Shown piece after piece: positions 52,194 through 62,661 of a DNA stretch of 64,000 bases. The notes under the pieces were generated by a model. That model saw nothing but the letters and a program-made list of their open reading frames with translations. It made no database searches and was not told the origin of the DNA. The position numbers and the translations under genes are program-made. Position 1 is the first letter of the stretch. Every line of letters starts with the position of its first letter. This DNA is from Felis catus (Eukaryota), in assembly GCF_018350175.1 (NCBI RefSeq), contig NC_058368.1:226734001-226798000 (forward strand), written 5' to 3'.

Positions 52194-52881
52194 AAATCTA
52201 ATCTGAAAATCTCTCCTTTTTCATTGGAGTGTTTGGATTCTGTACATTTAATGGAATAATTGGTAGAGTTAAAAACAAATCTACCATTGTTACTATTTAT
52301 TTTCTTTCATCCCCTTTCCTGTTCCTTTGTTTTTCCTTCATTTCCCACATTATTTTGATTAATGATATATTTTTAATGATTACCTCTGATCTCCATGACT
52401 GGCTTTTTACGTGCAGTTTATTGTTTTGTTTTCTGTGGATGCCTGAAGTTTTACAATACACGTGTTTAACGTACCACACTCTGCCTTCAAATATTGCTAC
52501 AGTGCTCTTTCTTTATTTTATAAATCTTGCAACGGTTTTCTTCCATGTCCCTCTCTGATCCTCTGTGCATATTTGTCTTGCATTTTCTCTCTGCGTATAT
52601 TATGAACCACGTAAGACATGGCTTTTGTTTTTGTGTTAACACAAAAGAGACTAAAATGAAAAAAATGTACTTTGTGCTTACCCATTTATTTACAGTCTCC
52701 AACTCTCCTCATTCTTTTTGCAGATCCAGATGCCATCTCTTATCATTTTCTATTTGAAGAACTTCCCTTAAAGTTCTCACAGTAAAAGTTTACTGACAGT
52801 AACTCCTCTAATTCTGATCTAAAAGGGTTTTTTTTTGCTGAGTATTGAATTTCAGTTGACATTTTTCTGACTTCAGTTCTT

Positions 52882-53000
52882 TTTTTTTTCAAGTTTTTAT
52901 TTAGATTCCGGTTAGTCAACATATAGCGTAACATTAGTTTCAGGAATTGAGTCAAAATCAAGAGTCAGATGTTTGACCAACCGAGCCACCCAGGTGCCCC
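52882..53000 (-). mobile_element. Chimeric retro-insert: Can-SINE 5' head fused to a carnivore L1 3' terminus
   Basis: Perfect 15-bp TSD ctgacttcagttctt at 52867-52881 and 53001-53015 encloses both parts. Confidence 0.85.
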
Positions 53001-54945
53001 CTGACTTCAGTTCTTAAAAGATATTGTTCCATTGTTTTCTGGCTTGATGTTTTTGGACAAGAAATATGCTGTCATTGTGATTTTTGTTCCTCTATACTTA
53101 ATGTATCTTTTTCTCTCTGCCTACTTTAAAAATTATCTACTACTCACTGATTTCCAGGAATTTGATTGTGATATCGCTTGGGATGATTTTCTTTATGTTT
53201 CTTCTGAAAGGAGTTTGTTGAACTTCTTGAACATGTGGGCTTATAGATTTCATTAAATTTGTGAAACGTTGGCCATTTTCTCTTTCTCCTCCTCTTCTTC
53301 TGGATCTCCTACTATAGGCTTTATCGAACTGTTTGATATTATCACTCCGGTCACTAATTCACTGGTATTTATCTTTTGATTTTTTTCTCTCCGCACACTA
53401 CTTTGGCTGCCTCTATTGCTGTCTTCTAAGTAACTATTTTTTTTTCAGTTTAGTGTCTTAATTTAGTGTCTAATACTTCATCTAATTTTATCCTTTGTAA
53501 CATCCATTCCGGATGTATATTGTTCAACTTTATAAGTTCCCTTTTGATTCTCTAATCTTTCGTTTCTATCATAATATTCACGGTTTTTCCATCTTCTTGA
53601 ACTTAAAGTGTATTTACAATAGCTGTTTTAATGTCCTTGTTGGCTAGTTCCATCATCAGTGTCATATCAGGATGTGTTGATTGAATTTTTTTCTTATGGT
53701 CACAGACTACATTTTCCTGTTTCCTTTTATGTCTGGTTGGATGCTAGACATCAAGAAGCTTACCATTTTGTCTTGGCAGCTAGATATTTTGTTTTTCTTT
53801 ATATAATTTGGAATAATTTCTAATTTACACTCAGTGTTACTTGAAATCAGCATGATTCTTATGAGGCAGGCTTTTCTGCTTTGTTGGGGGCATGCCAGAG
53901 CACCCTATGGTTTAAGGCTAATTTATTCTCACTACTAAGGTGATACCCTTTCTTGGATTCTACCTGATGAATCATTTCTTATAAGGCCTAACTACCCTAG
54001 CTGGTGGGAAGATGAGCTGTTGTCAGCTCTGTGTGGACTCTAGGAATTGTTCTGTCTATAGCTTTTCAGTGATTTCCTCTCCAGGTGTGGACATTTTTCT
54101 CTCCTGCATATGGAGATTAATATTCAGCAGAATACTTAATACTATACCACAAATATCCAGACCTTTCTTCTTGGAGTTCTCTCCTCTCTGACAGTCTTCC
54201 CTATAGATTCTATCTATTTCTGTCCTCCTAACTCAGTAAGACCACTTGGCCATATTTGGGTTCCTCCTTCCTTCACTACAGTCTAGAGTTGCATCCAGGT
54301 ATTGAGCTGATGCTATCTTAGGGATCACCTCATTTGTTTTCATTTTCTCAGGAATCACAATGTTGCCCTGCCTACTGTCCAATGTCTGAAAACTGTTGTT
54401 TGATAAGTTTTGTCCAATTTTCTAGTGGTTATGGGGAGAACCATTATTCTATCATGAGAAGAAGCAGAAGCCTCCTCATCAAGAGCTTTGATGAAAGCTA
54501 TAAGGATTCTGATTTTATCAAATGTGGAGATAAATCACTGTAAGCTCTTAAGAAGAAACATGGCATAGTCAATGCAAAATGAGTGGATGAGAGTGTGGAC
54601 ACTTTCTCTAGGACTTTGCTGGTGTTCATCCTTGGAGAAGAAGCAGAGCTTGACATCAGTCCCAGACAGGGAGACTTGATTCAGTAAAATAAATAAATAA
54701 ATAAATAAGCACATAAACACTTCATTTGGAAGGAGAATGCTCAAAGTGAGTGAGTTCTGATTCTGCCCACTACTAATTATGTTATCTTAGGAAATCTAAT
54801 CACTCATCTAGCAGGTGATGCTGGTCAATGAATTTATTTCCTCACCACCAAAATGGTGCAAAGCCATCTCCCTCATTGGATCCTAGGAGAATCAGCTGGA
54901 CATAAGAATGATCAGATGTGTAGAAGTCAAGATACTGAGAGTTCT

Positions 54946-54993
54946 TTTTTTTTTAATATGAAATTTATTGTCAAATCGGTTTCCATACAACAC
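54946..54993 (-). mobile_element. 48-bp extremely 5'-truncated felid L1 tail
   Basis: Minus strand GTGTTGTATGGAAACCGATTTGACAATAAATTTCATATT(A)n; TSD ctgagagttct at 54935-54945 and 54994-55004. Confidence 0.85.
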
Positions 54994-55218
54994 CTGAGAG
55001 TTCTAATTCCATTTCAGTCACTAACACGCTGTGTCAGTTACAACTGTAGAAAGTTCACTATTGGAAGGGATTTTATAACTAATTAACTTTGATACCTTTG
55101 ATTTATAAATGAGAAAATTCAGACCTTAGAATTTTCTATGTAGTTTATATATGTTGCTACAAAAACTATGCCAGGATTCTAAGGTTTGGAAATGAAAGCT
55201 TTTTCTAGACTTTAAGTT

Positions 55219-55448
55219 TGTTTTTTTAATTTTTTTTTTAGGTTTATGTATTTGTTTTGAGAGAGAGAGACAGAAACAGCATGAGTCAGGGAGGGGCAGA
55301 GAGAAAGAGGAAGAGAGAGAATCCCACACAGATTCCACACAGTCAGCCCAGAGCCAAATGTGGGACTCCAACTCATGGACTGTGACATCGTGACCTGAGC
55401 TGAAATCAAGCGTCAGATGCCTAACCGACTGAGTCACCCAGGTGCCCC
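55219..55448 (-). mobile_element. Can-SINE
   Basis: TSD tagactttaagtt at 55206-55218 and 55449-55461. Confidence 0.96.
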
Positions 55449-56969
55449 TAGACTTTAAGTTAGGACAAACAAAAATGTAAAGTTTCATTAATATTTTAAA
55501 ATTCAAGAATGCAAAAGAAAGGGTCTTAGCATGGGCTGTGATTTCATTGAAAAAATACAGTCAAGGTGACCCTACATTCTTTTGCTTGTGAATATGAGTG
55601 ATAGATTTGGGAACTGGCCAGGAATGTGGAGGAAAGGCAAATAGCACACTTGCCTCCAGAGAAAGTATAAATTGATGATACGAAATATGGTGCTAAGCAT
55701 TTGCCATATCCAGTACTCCAATTTGAAGTGTACAAATTTAAATGTCATCATAGACGAAGGATACACCTACTATAAAACATTTAAAATATTTTAAAGTGAG
55801 AAAACTCGAGATGGGAATTCAGTGAAATCCCAAGGTAAAAATACAATTCTAGTAAGAAAGCTTGGTTAGAAGCTGCTTTTATGATTTCCAGCTTAATGGC
55901 AAGTCATAATCCTTTGTAGTTACAATATTAAATTATTATTTGATATCATTTACTCTTCCACTTTTCCTTATGAAAAGCACGTTTTTACAGTTTCTGCTTC
56001 CAGGAATGTGGAGTGTATTTTCTTCTCTTTCTCCTGCTAAGTACAACTAAAAAACCTGGCAAATAGATATAAAACAAACATAAGAAAACTCTGAACGATG
56101 GAGAGAAGGCAGTGGCCAGGCTGGGACCTCAGGATCCAAGGAATAGCACAGAGGTGAACTCTATGGGTTTTCTTCTTGCCTTCTATATCTCAATGGAAGT
56201 AAGGTAGCCAGAAACCTGGAAACAAAGGTAGCCAGAGTGGAAACAAAAAAAGCCCCACCAAAATCCCATCTCTGTAGCCAAAAGACCAGAGAGTGGAGCC
56301 TCTCACTAGCATGTGTTGAGTGGAGACTCCAGACTTCCATCCTTCCCAGTTCATAATGGGATGTCCCAAACTCTTGCTGAGGTAGTGTCAGAGAAGCCTG
56401 GTGGGAGACGAGATTTCACCCGCCCGTAATGAGGGGCCTTCTACTACCCAGCTGGAGTAACGTCAGAGGAGGCTGAGCGGAGAGTCAGAACTTTCCCTCA
56501 CTGCTCAGCAGCTACAGGTCACTCTCAGCCTCCTAGTATCATCGAAGGCCAGGCGGGAAGCAGCAGCGAGGCATTCCTATCCCTCCAGCCAGGTTGGGAT
56601 ACTTGTATGAAAGTCAGAATCCCCACAACTGCCCAACAATAACAAAGATCACCTTCCCTCAGTATCCACAGAGGCTGAAAAGGGAACCTGGATATGCACT
56701 CCCCGCTGGAGGAAATGAGAAAGTCTCCCCTACATCTCTCCCATCACAGTGGCACCAGGGAAAGCAGCTAAATCAGGGTGTCTAAATAATTTTCAATCTC
56801 ATAACATAAAACCCCAAGTGGCCAGATTTCAATAGAAAATCACTCATACCGAGAGCCAGGAAGATGCCAATCTAGAGGAAGGAAAAAATACAGATAATTC
56901 AATAGATACCAACACTGAGATGACAGAGATGTTAGAATTATCTTTCAAAGATTGAAAGAAACCATCATA

Positions 56970-57196
56970 GGGGCGCCTGGGTGGCGCAGTCGGTTAAGCG
57001 TCCGACTTCAGCCAGGTCACGATCTCGCAGTCCGTGAGTTCGAGCCCCGCGTCGGGCTCTGGGCTGATGGCTCGGAGCCTGGAGCCTGTTTCCGATTCTG
57101 TGTCTCCCTCTCTCTCTGCCCCTCCCCCGTTCATGCTCTGTCTCTCTCTGTCCCAAAAATAAATAAAAAACGTTGAAAAAAAAATTTAAAAAAAAA
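56970..57196 (+). mobile_element. Young felid Can-SINE
   Basis: 16-bp TSD gaaagaaaccatcata at 56954-56969 and 57197-57212. Confidence 0.97.
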
Positions 57197-57500
57197 GAAA
57201 GAAACCATCATAAAAATGCTTCAAAAAACCAATGAGAAACATGCTTGAAACAGATAAAAAATAGAATTTCCTCAGCAAAGAAAGCGAAAATGTGAAGAAA
57301 AACTAAATGGAAATTTTAGAACGAAAAATACAATCACTGAAATGAAAAACTCAGAGGACGGCATCAAAAGCAGAATGGAAGGAAGAGAGAAAAGAAGGAG
57401 CAAAGGATGATAGAACAATAAAAATTACTCAATCTGAGCAACAACAGGTATGAAACGCATTGAAAAAAAAAATGAACAGAGCCTCACAGACATGAGGGAC

Positions 57501-57915
57501 TGTGATGACTAGTTTTATGTGGCAACTTGGCTAGGCCACGGCTTCCGGATATTTTGTCAAAAATTATTCTAGATGTTTCTGTGAAGGTATTGTTTTAACT
57601 CAGTAGAGTTTGAGCAAAGCCTATTGCTCTCCATCATGTGAGTGCGTTGCATCCAATCATTTGAAGGCTTTAGTAAAGAAAGAATTATCTTCCCACATGA
57701 AGAGAGAACCCAGTCAGTGAAGAACATTTACACTTGAACCACGACCCCTGTCTACATCTCCAGCTTGCTGGTCTACCTTGCCAATTCTGGACTTGCCAAA
57801 TCTCTGCAAGTATGTGAGACATTTCCTTAAATTATCTCCCCACACCCATCGGCATCAATATAGATATATAGATATAGATGATACACTATAGACAGAGATG
57901 ATATAGCTATAGATA
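57501..57915 (+). mobile_element. ERVL LTR (MLT2-like) ending in a (TA/TAGA)n tract
   Basis: tgtgatgactagttttatgtggcaacttggctaggccac...catccaatcatttgaaggc. Confidence 0.82.
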
Positions 57916-58255
57916 AAAATAGGCAAGGAAGAGGGCTGAAAGATCAGTGCTCACAGAAATGATGGCTGAAACCTTCACCTATTTAGAAAAAGACGCGAAA
58001 TGCAGATTTGAGAAGTTGAGTGAAATCCAAACGGGATAAACTTAAATCCACACCAAGAAACGCGATAAACAAACTTCTGCAGACAAAAGACGAATGAATC
58101 ATCCATCAAGCAGTGAACAAAGAAGTGATACTTCATCACTATGGGAAAAATAATACGAATGACAGTGGATTTCTCCCACCAGACACCATGGCGACCAGAA
58201 GAAGTGGCACAGTGTTTCTCAAGGGCTAAAAGAAAAGAAACGTCAACAAGAATCC

Positions 58256-58363
58256 CACCATGCTGGCATCTTCTACCCCCGAAGACCACAAGGAACAAAT
58301 TTCTGTTGTTGAAATGACCGAGTCTCGTGTATTTTGTTATGGCGGGTAGACTCTAGTAAGACA
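58256..58363 (+). mobile_element. MLT1 LTR 3' fragment
   Basis: acaaatttctgttgttgaa...gtattttgttatggc...taagaca. Confidence 0.65.
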
Positions 58364-59515
58364 GGGAAAAGCTAGGTAAGGGTACACAGTGTCTCTCCCT
58401 GTTATTTCTGACAACATGATATGCATCTACAAGCATCTCGCAATAAGTTTAATTAAAAAGTAAATTTTACGTAAATAAGTGAAAAGTAATCTTGTTTTGG
58501 AACTGTTTTTAGAATATCTTAGTATATACCATAAGATGATACCTTCCATTCATATGCAGTTGATATGGTTCCAGGTATTTCCACACAGTACCTCTCACCA
58601 GAACTTTGCCACACGTTGGGGCAGCCATTGTTGCCATTTTGGAGGTGAGGAAACGGCACTTTCCAGAGGTAAGCTAGCTGGAATGTGGGTGTATAACTAG
58701 TAAGAGTTGAGACTTGGACACTGACTCAGGGACCTTTTCCATTATGAGTCTATCTAGGGTATCACAAATTTGCCAAGTCACTTCTAGAAGAGGATGAACT
58801 GACTCTATACCCCGCAGAATAAAATGAAAGCCAATGGAGAACCACACAGCAACGTATTAGGGGCAGGCTGACAATACCAAGAACTGTGTGACGTTCTACC
58901 TCCTGAGGAATCAAGTTGCTGTGACTGGCCTTTGATTGAAGATGTGTCTGTGCAGGATGCCTCTAAAAAGGCAGAGGATGTACAGTTCCGAGGGCTCAGG
59001 AACACAAGGGTTAACTTCCAGTTAGTTATTCTAGCCCCAGCCCTCCAGATGAGGCCTTCCTGTGCACACCCTCTGAATGCAGAACTCATAGAAAAAAAAC
59101 TGTCTCCGCAGAATACGTTCAAGAATAAATATGTAAGGAATGTATGGGGAAAAGTAGTGATTCTCTGTTTGCTTTTCATTAGGAATGGATTCCTGATATC
59201 CACTGTCTCAAGCAGGAAATCAAGGCCAGTCCCTAAAACCAACCGTCTTCCCTTTGGGGGGCCTCTGCCAGGTTGACAGAGAAGTCTATACAACATGCAA
59301 ACATAGTGGAGCTGGACTTTATGTTCTGTCACTGCAGCCACATTCCCTGCACTGGGAATCAAATGGCAGGTTCCACCTTTCAGCCAAGAGCCCAAGGTTT
59401 TATTTTGCATTTGAGAATTCAGGACAGAAAGAGCTTCTCGGGTCGTTGTTATTTTGTGAAAGCACACCGTAAGCTAAATTTACTGTAACAAGAGCCTCCT
59501 TGAATTTAGAGATCG

Positions 59516-59517
<2 letters not shown>

Positions 59518-59554
<37 letters not shown>

Positions 59555-59557
59555 TGT

Positions 59558-59598
<41 letters not shown>
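59518..59598. repeat. Interrupted (TG)n microsatellite, about 40 units
   Basis: Direct reading. Confidence 0.98.
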
Positions 59599-59599
<1 letters not shown>

Positions 59600-60081
59600 C
59601 CAACTGGGGCATTTGGCTTAGTGCTCTTACTTTAATTTCCTTTTTGAGGACACAAAGCACTAAGGTGCTTTGACAAGAGGCTTGTTAAACGTAGAATGGA
59701 CTTGAATTATTCACTGTGTTGAGTACATCTACGAAAACCAAAACTTATCATTGAGGTAGTCTGCTGGCTCACTTGGATCCTCCATATAACAAGAGGACCG
59801 AGTAATCAGATGATTCCCAACATTGACCTGAGCATTTTACCTGATGTAAGCGCCACAGGCCATGGTCAAGTTCAACTGTCATTGAACTAATACATCTTGG
59901 GCGTGACTGTTCACACAATCTTTGCCAGGGTCTACTATCAACCCTCCAAATATATATCATCATGGCCATTTTTGAGAAGGCCACTTGAAGAGAGGACAGT
60001 GACTTTGCTCAGGGCATTCATATCCATGTGAATCGGATAGTTTTCCTAATCCATTTGTTATAACAATAGCTACTACTTATT

Positions 60082-60295
60082 GTTTTAAGTTTATTTATTT
60101 ATTTTGAGAGAGAGAGAAAGAGGAAGCATGAGTTGGGGAGGAGCAGAGAGAGAGGGAGAGAGAGAATCCCAAGAGGCTCCACACTATATCAGCTCAGAGC
60201 CCAATGTGGGGCTTGAACTTATGAACTGTGAGATCATGACCTGAGCTGAAATCAAGAGTCAAGATGCTCAACCAACTGAGCCATCCAGGTGCCCC
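60082..60295 (-). mobile_element. Can-SINE inserted in a minus-strand MIR (about 60060-60520)
   Basis: 17-bp TSD aatagctactacttatt at 60065-60081 and 60296-60312. Confidence 0.96.
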
Positions 60296-60626
60296 AATAG
60301 CTACTACTTATTAAATTGCAAATATTTGCCATGCTTTGGGGTAGGTGTTGTATATGTATTATCCCATTTGATCTTCAAAAGGATTGAAGAGGTAGATAGG
60401 ATTAGCACAATATTACAGATGAGGGCAATGCTCAGGGAAACACCTGCCCCGAGTCACACAGTCTGGCAAGTACAGAGTTTAGAATTGAATACAAGTCTGG
60501 CTCTTAGAACCCATGTTGTTTCCCTCATTCAACACGATGCACTGGCACCAGATCTCTTCAAGAGCTAAATCCCTGAGGGATTCAGAGATGACTGTGGTGC
60601 AATAGAGTGTCAAAACATTGAGTTCT

Positions 60627-60853
60627 GGGGCGCCTGGGTGGCGCAGTCGGTTAAGCGTCCGACTTCAGCCAGGTCACGATCTCGCGGTCCGTGAGTTCGA
60701 GCCCCGCGTCAGGCTCTGGGCTGATGGCTCAGAGCCTGGAGCCTGTTTCCCATTCTGTGTCTCCCTCTCTCTCTGCCCCTCCCCTGTTCATGCTTTGTCT
60801 CTCTCTGTCCCAAAAATAAATAAATGTTGGAAAAAAAATTAAAAAAAAAAAAC
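60627..60853 (+). mobile_element. Young felid Can-SINE
   Basis: TSD aaacattgagttct at 60613-60626 and 60854-60867. Confidence 0.97.
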
Positions 60854-60909
60854 AAACATTGAGTTCTGATTCTTATTCCCTAACACTTATAAAACCTCAA
60901 AAGCTGCTC

Positions 60910-61325
60910 TGATATGCCTCATCGGTAGCAAGTAAGAGGAGTTCAGTATGCTGACTTAAGTGTCTTTGCCCATTCTTTTTGATTGTACTCCATTGGAGTC
61001 TACTATTTGCTGGTTTTTCGTCCTCATGTTTATTGTCTTATGGTTGCGAAATGGCTGCTGCAGCTCCAGTATCACATCCATAGTCAATGAAGGAAGACTA
61101 AGGATGGAGCAGAATGAATAGCTATTCTTTTCATCAAGAAACAAGATGTATTTCTCAGTGATTTCATAGCACACTTCCCCTTATGATGTCATTGTGAAAA
61201 AGTAGGTCACTAGACCGAGAGGCCAAGAAATGAAGTGTCTGAATATTCAGTTTTGGTATTAGGAGGCAGAAAGATAGAAAGTCGTTCAGAATGGCTTTTA
61301 AAGGTAATCATCAGTGTCTCCTACA
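60910..61325 (-). mobile_element. Old MaLR LTR (MLT1I/J-like)
   Basis: atggttgcgaaatggctgctgcagctccagtatcacatcc ... cagtgtctcctaca. Confidence 0.65.
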
Positions 61326-61636
61326 TTCATGATGTCAAAGGGTTTATTGCATCAAGCCAAACTTTCCTCTTTTGTCCCTCTCCATTCTAGATCATTTGTA
61401 ACCAGTATTTTAGACATTATATATAGGTAACAATCTTTTTCTATGTAAAGTTTCATATATGTGAAGTATAAAAATGCAGAGTGCATACCATAGGTATATA
61501 AGAAACGAATTATTTCAATGCAGGAAAATGCTTACCTGTGATCTAATGCCCAGTACATTTTTCTTGTCACTGGAAGTCACCTCTTATGTATGTGTTCTCT
61601 TCCTGTTTCAATGAATAGCAAGCTAGACATGAGCTA

Positions 61637-61795
61637 TGTATAAATAATGCCAGAACATCTGGGTGAAAGGAAAAAGACCCAATTATCTGGATGTTTTGTC
61701 TACATAACATCAAAACATGTACCATTGTGTAGACAAAACACGCAGATGATTGAATATTTTACTTTTCATCCAGGCATTTTGTTGTCATGTGGACA
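61637..61795. repeat. Long ungapped imperfect palindrome (possible ancient MITE)
   Basis: 71-nt arms around a 17-nt loop; perfect core tgttttgtctaca (61692-61704) with tgtagacaaaaca (61728-61740). Confidence 0.9.
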
Positions 61796-61970
61796 AAAAA
61801 CACGGCCAAGTTAGGGACATAAGAGAAAAAAACAGGGTCTAGCAAAACTTGTCTGGTCTGTAGAGTTCAACAATGGTTGCTAAGCTCATCATGGGAAAAG
61901 AGGACAATTAATGAGATACGGTGTCAAATTAATTTTAAAAAATGTTTAGGCTATACTGAAAGAAGTTTCT

Positions 61971-62191
61971 GGACATCTGAGTGGCTCAGTTGGTTACGCA
62001 ACTGACTTCAGCTCAGGTCATGATCTCGCAGTTGATGGGTTTGAGCCCTGCGTTGGGCTCTGTGCTGATAGCTCAGAGCCTGGAGCCTGCTTCGGATTCT
62101 GTGTCTCCCTCTCTGTCTGCGCGCCCCCACCCCCCACCCCCTGTCTCTCTGTGTCTCTCAAAAATGTATAAACACTGAAAAAATAAAAAAA
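61971..62191 (+). mobile_element. Can-SINE
   Basis: TSD gaaagaagtttct at 61958-61970 and 62192-62204. Confidence 0.95.
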
Positions 62192-62661
62192 GAAAGAAGT
62201 TTCTTACTATGGGTTCATAATGATCATAATAAATGGTAGTGCCATTATGAGGCACTTAATAGAAAACACACAAACCATGTTTATTTGACATTGTGTTTAT
62301 TATACAAATGAAGCAATGCATTCACAGAAAAGAACAGTCACTACTTAAAACACTCCTTTATGTTCTGGAAGAACAAGTATACAAGTCATTTCTAGTTGTA
62401 TATTTGTAAGTCAGCTTATTAGCCCAGATTCATTCCAGATTCAATAATCATTTACCTTTGGAGTTCCAGGCACTGGGATGCTAACTTCTCACACGCAGGC
62501 TACCCTTTCATTTATTCTGGGTTAATTCTGTGGAGTAGCTATTGCTTTTCCAATTTTACAAATGAGACTCTGGGTCTTAAAGATGAAGAAAAATCTCCCA
62601 AATCCCACAGGTTGATTGTGTCTACAAATAACATAATGCTTGAAATTATTTTTTCTTTTCA

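Larger units (their letters stand above)
47805..54475 (-). mobile_element. Near-full-span decayed ancient L1 (L1M type) with several later insertions; a separate short L1 fragment precedes it at about 47650-47800
   Basis: 3' end cagctttgctgaagtgtaacttacatac; ORF 49043-49249 (PRNTKTILKKNKFGGFTQPKFKSYYKATV) resembles L1 ORF2p; T-rich plus strand throughout. Confidence 0.85.
55990..58460 (+). mobile_element. Ancient L1 (L1MD-like): 5' end, ORF1 remnant, short 3' end, no ORF2; interrupted by SINE, MLT2 and an MLT1 fragment
   Basis: Start ttctgcttccagga...gctaagtacaactaaaaaacctgg; 56800-57500 resembles 12800-13230; 3' end 58364-58460 resembles 13530-13625. Confidence 0.82.

Noticed and set aside
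58805-59467. 220-aa minus-strand ORF
   Set aside because: Non-ATG start, no recognisable domain and no splice or promoter support; a BLASTP or PhyloCSF signal would be needed.
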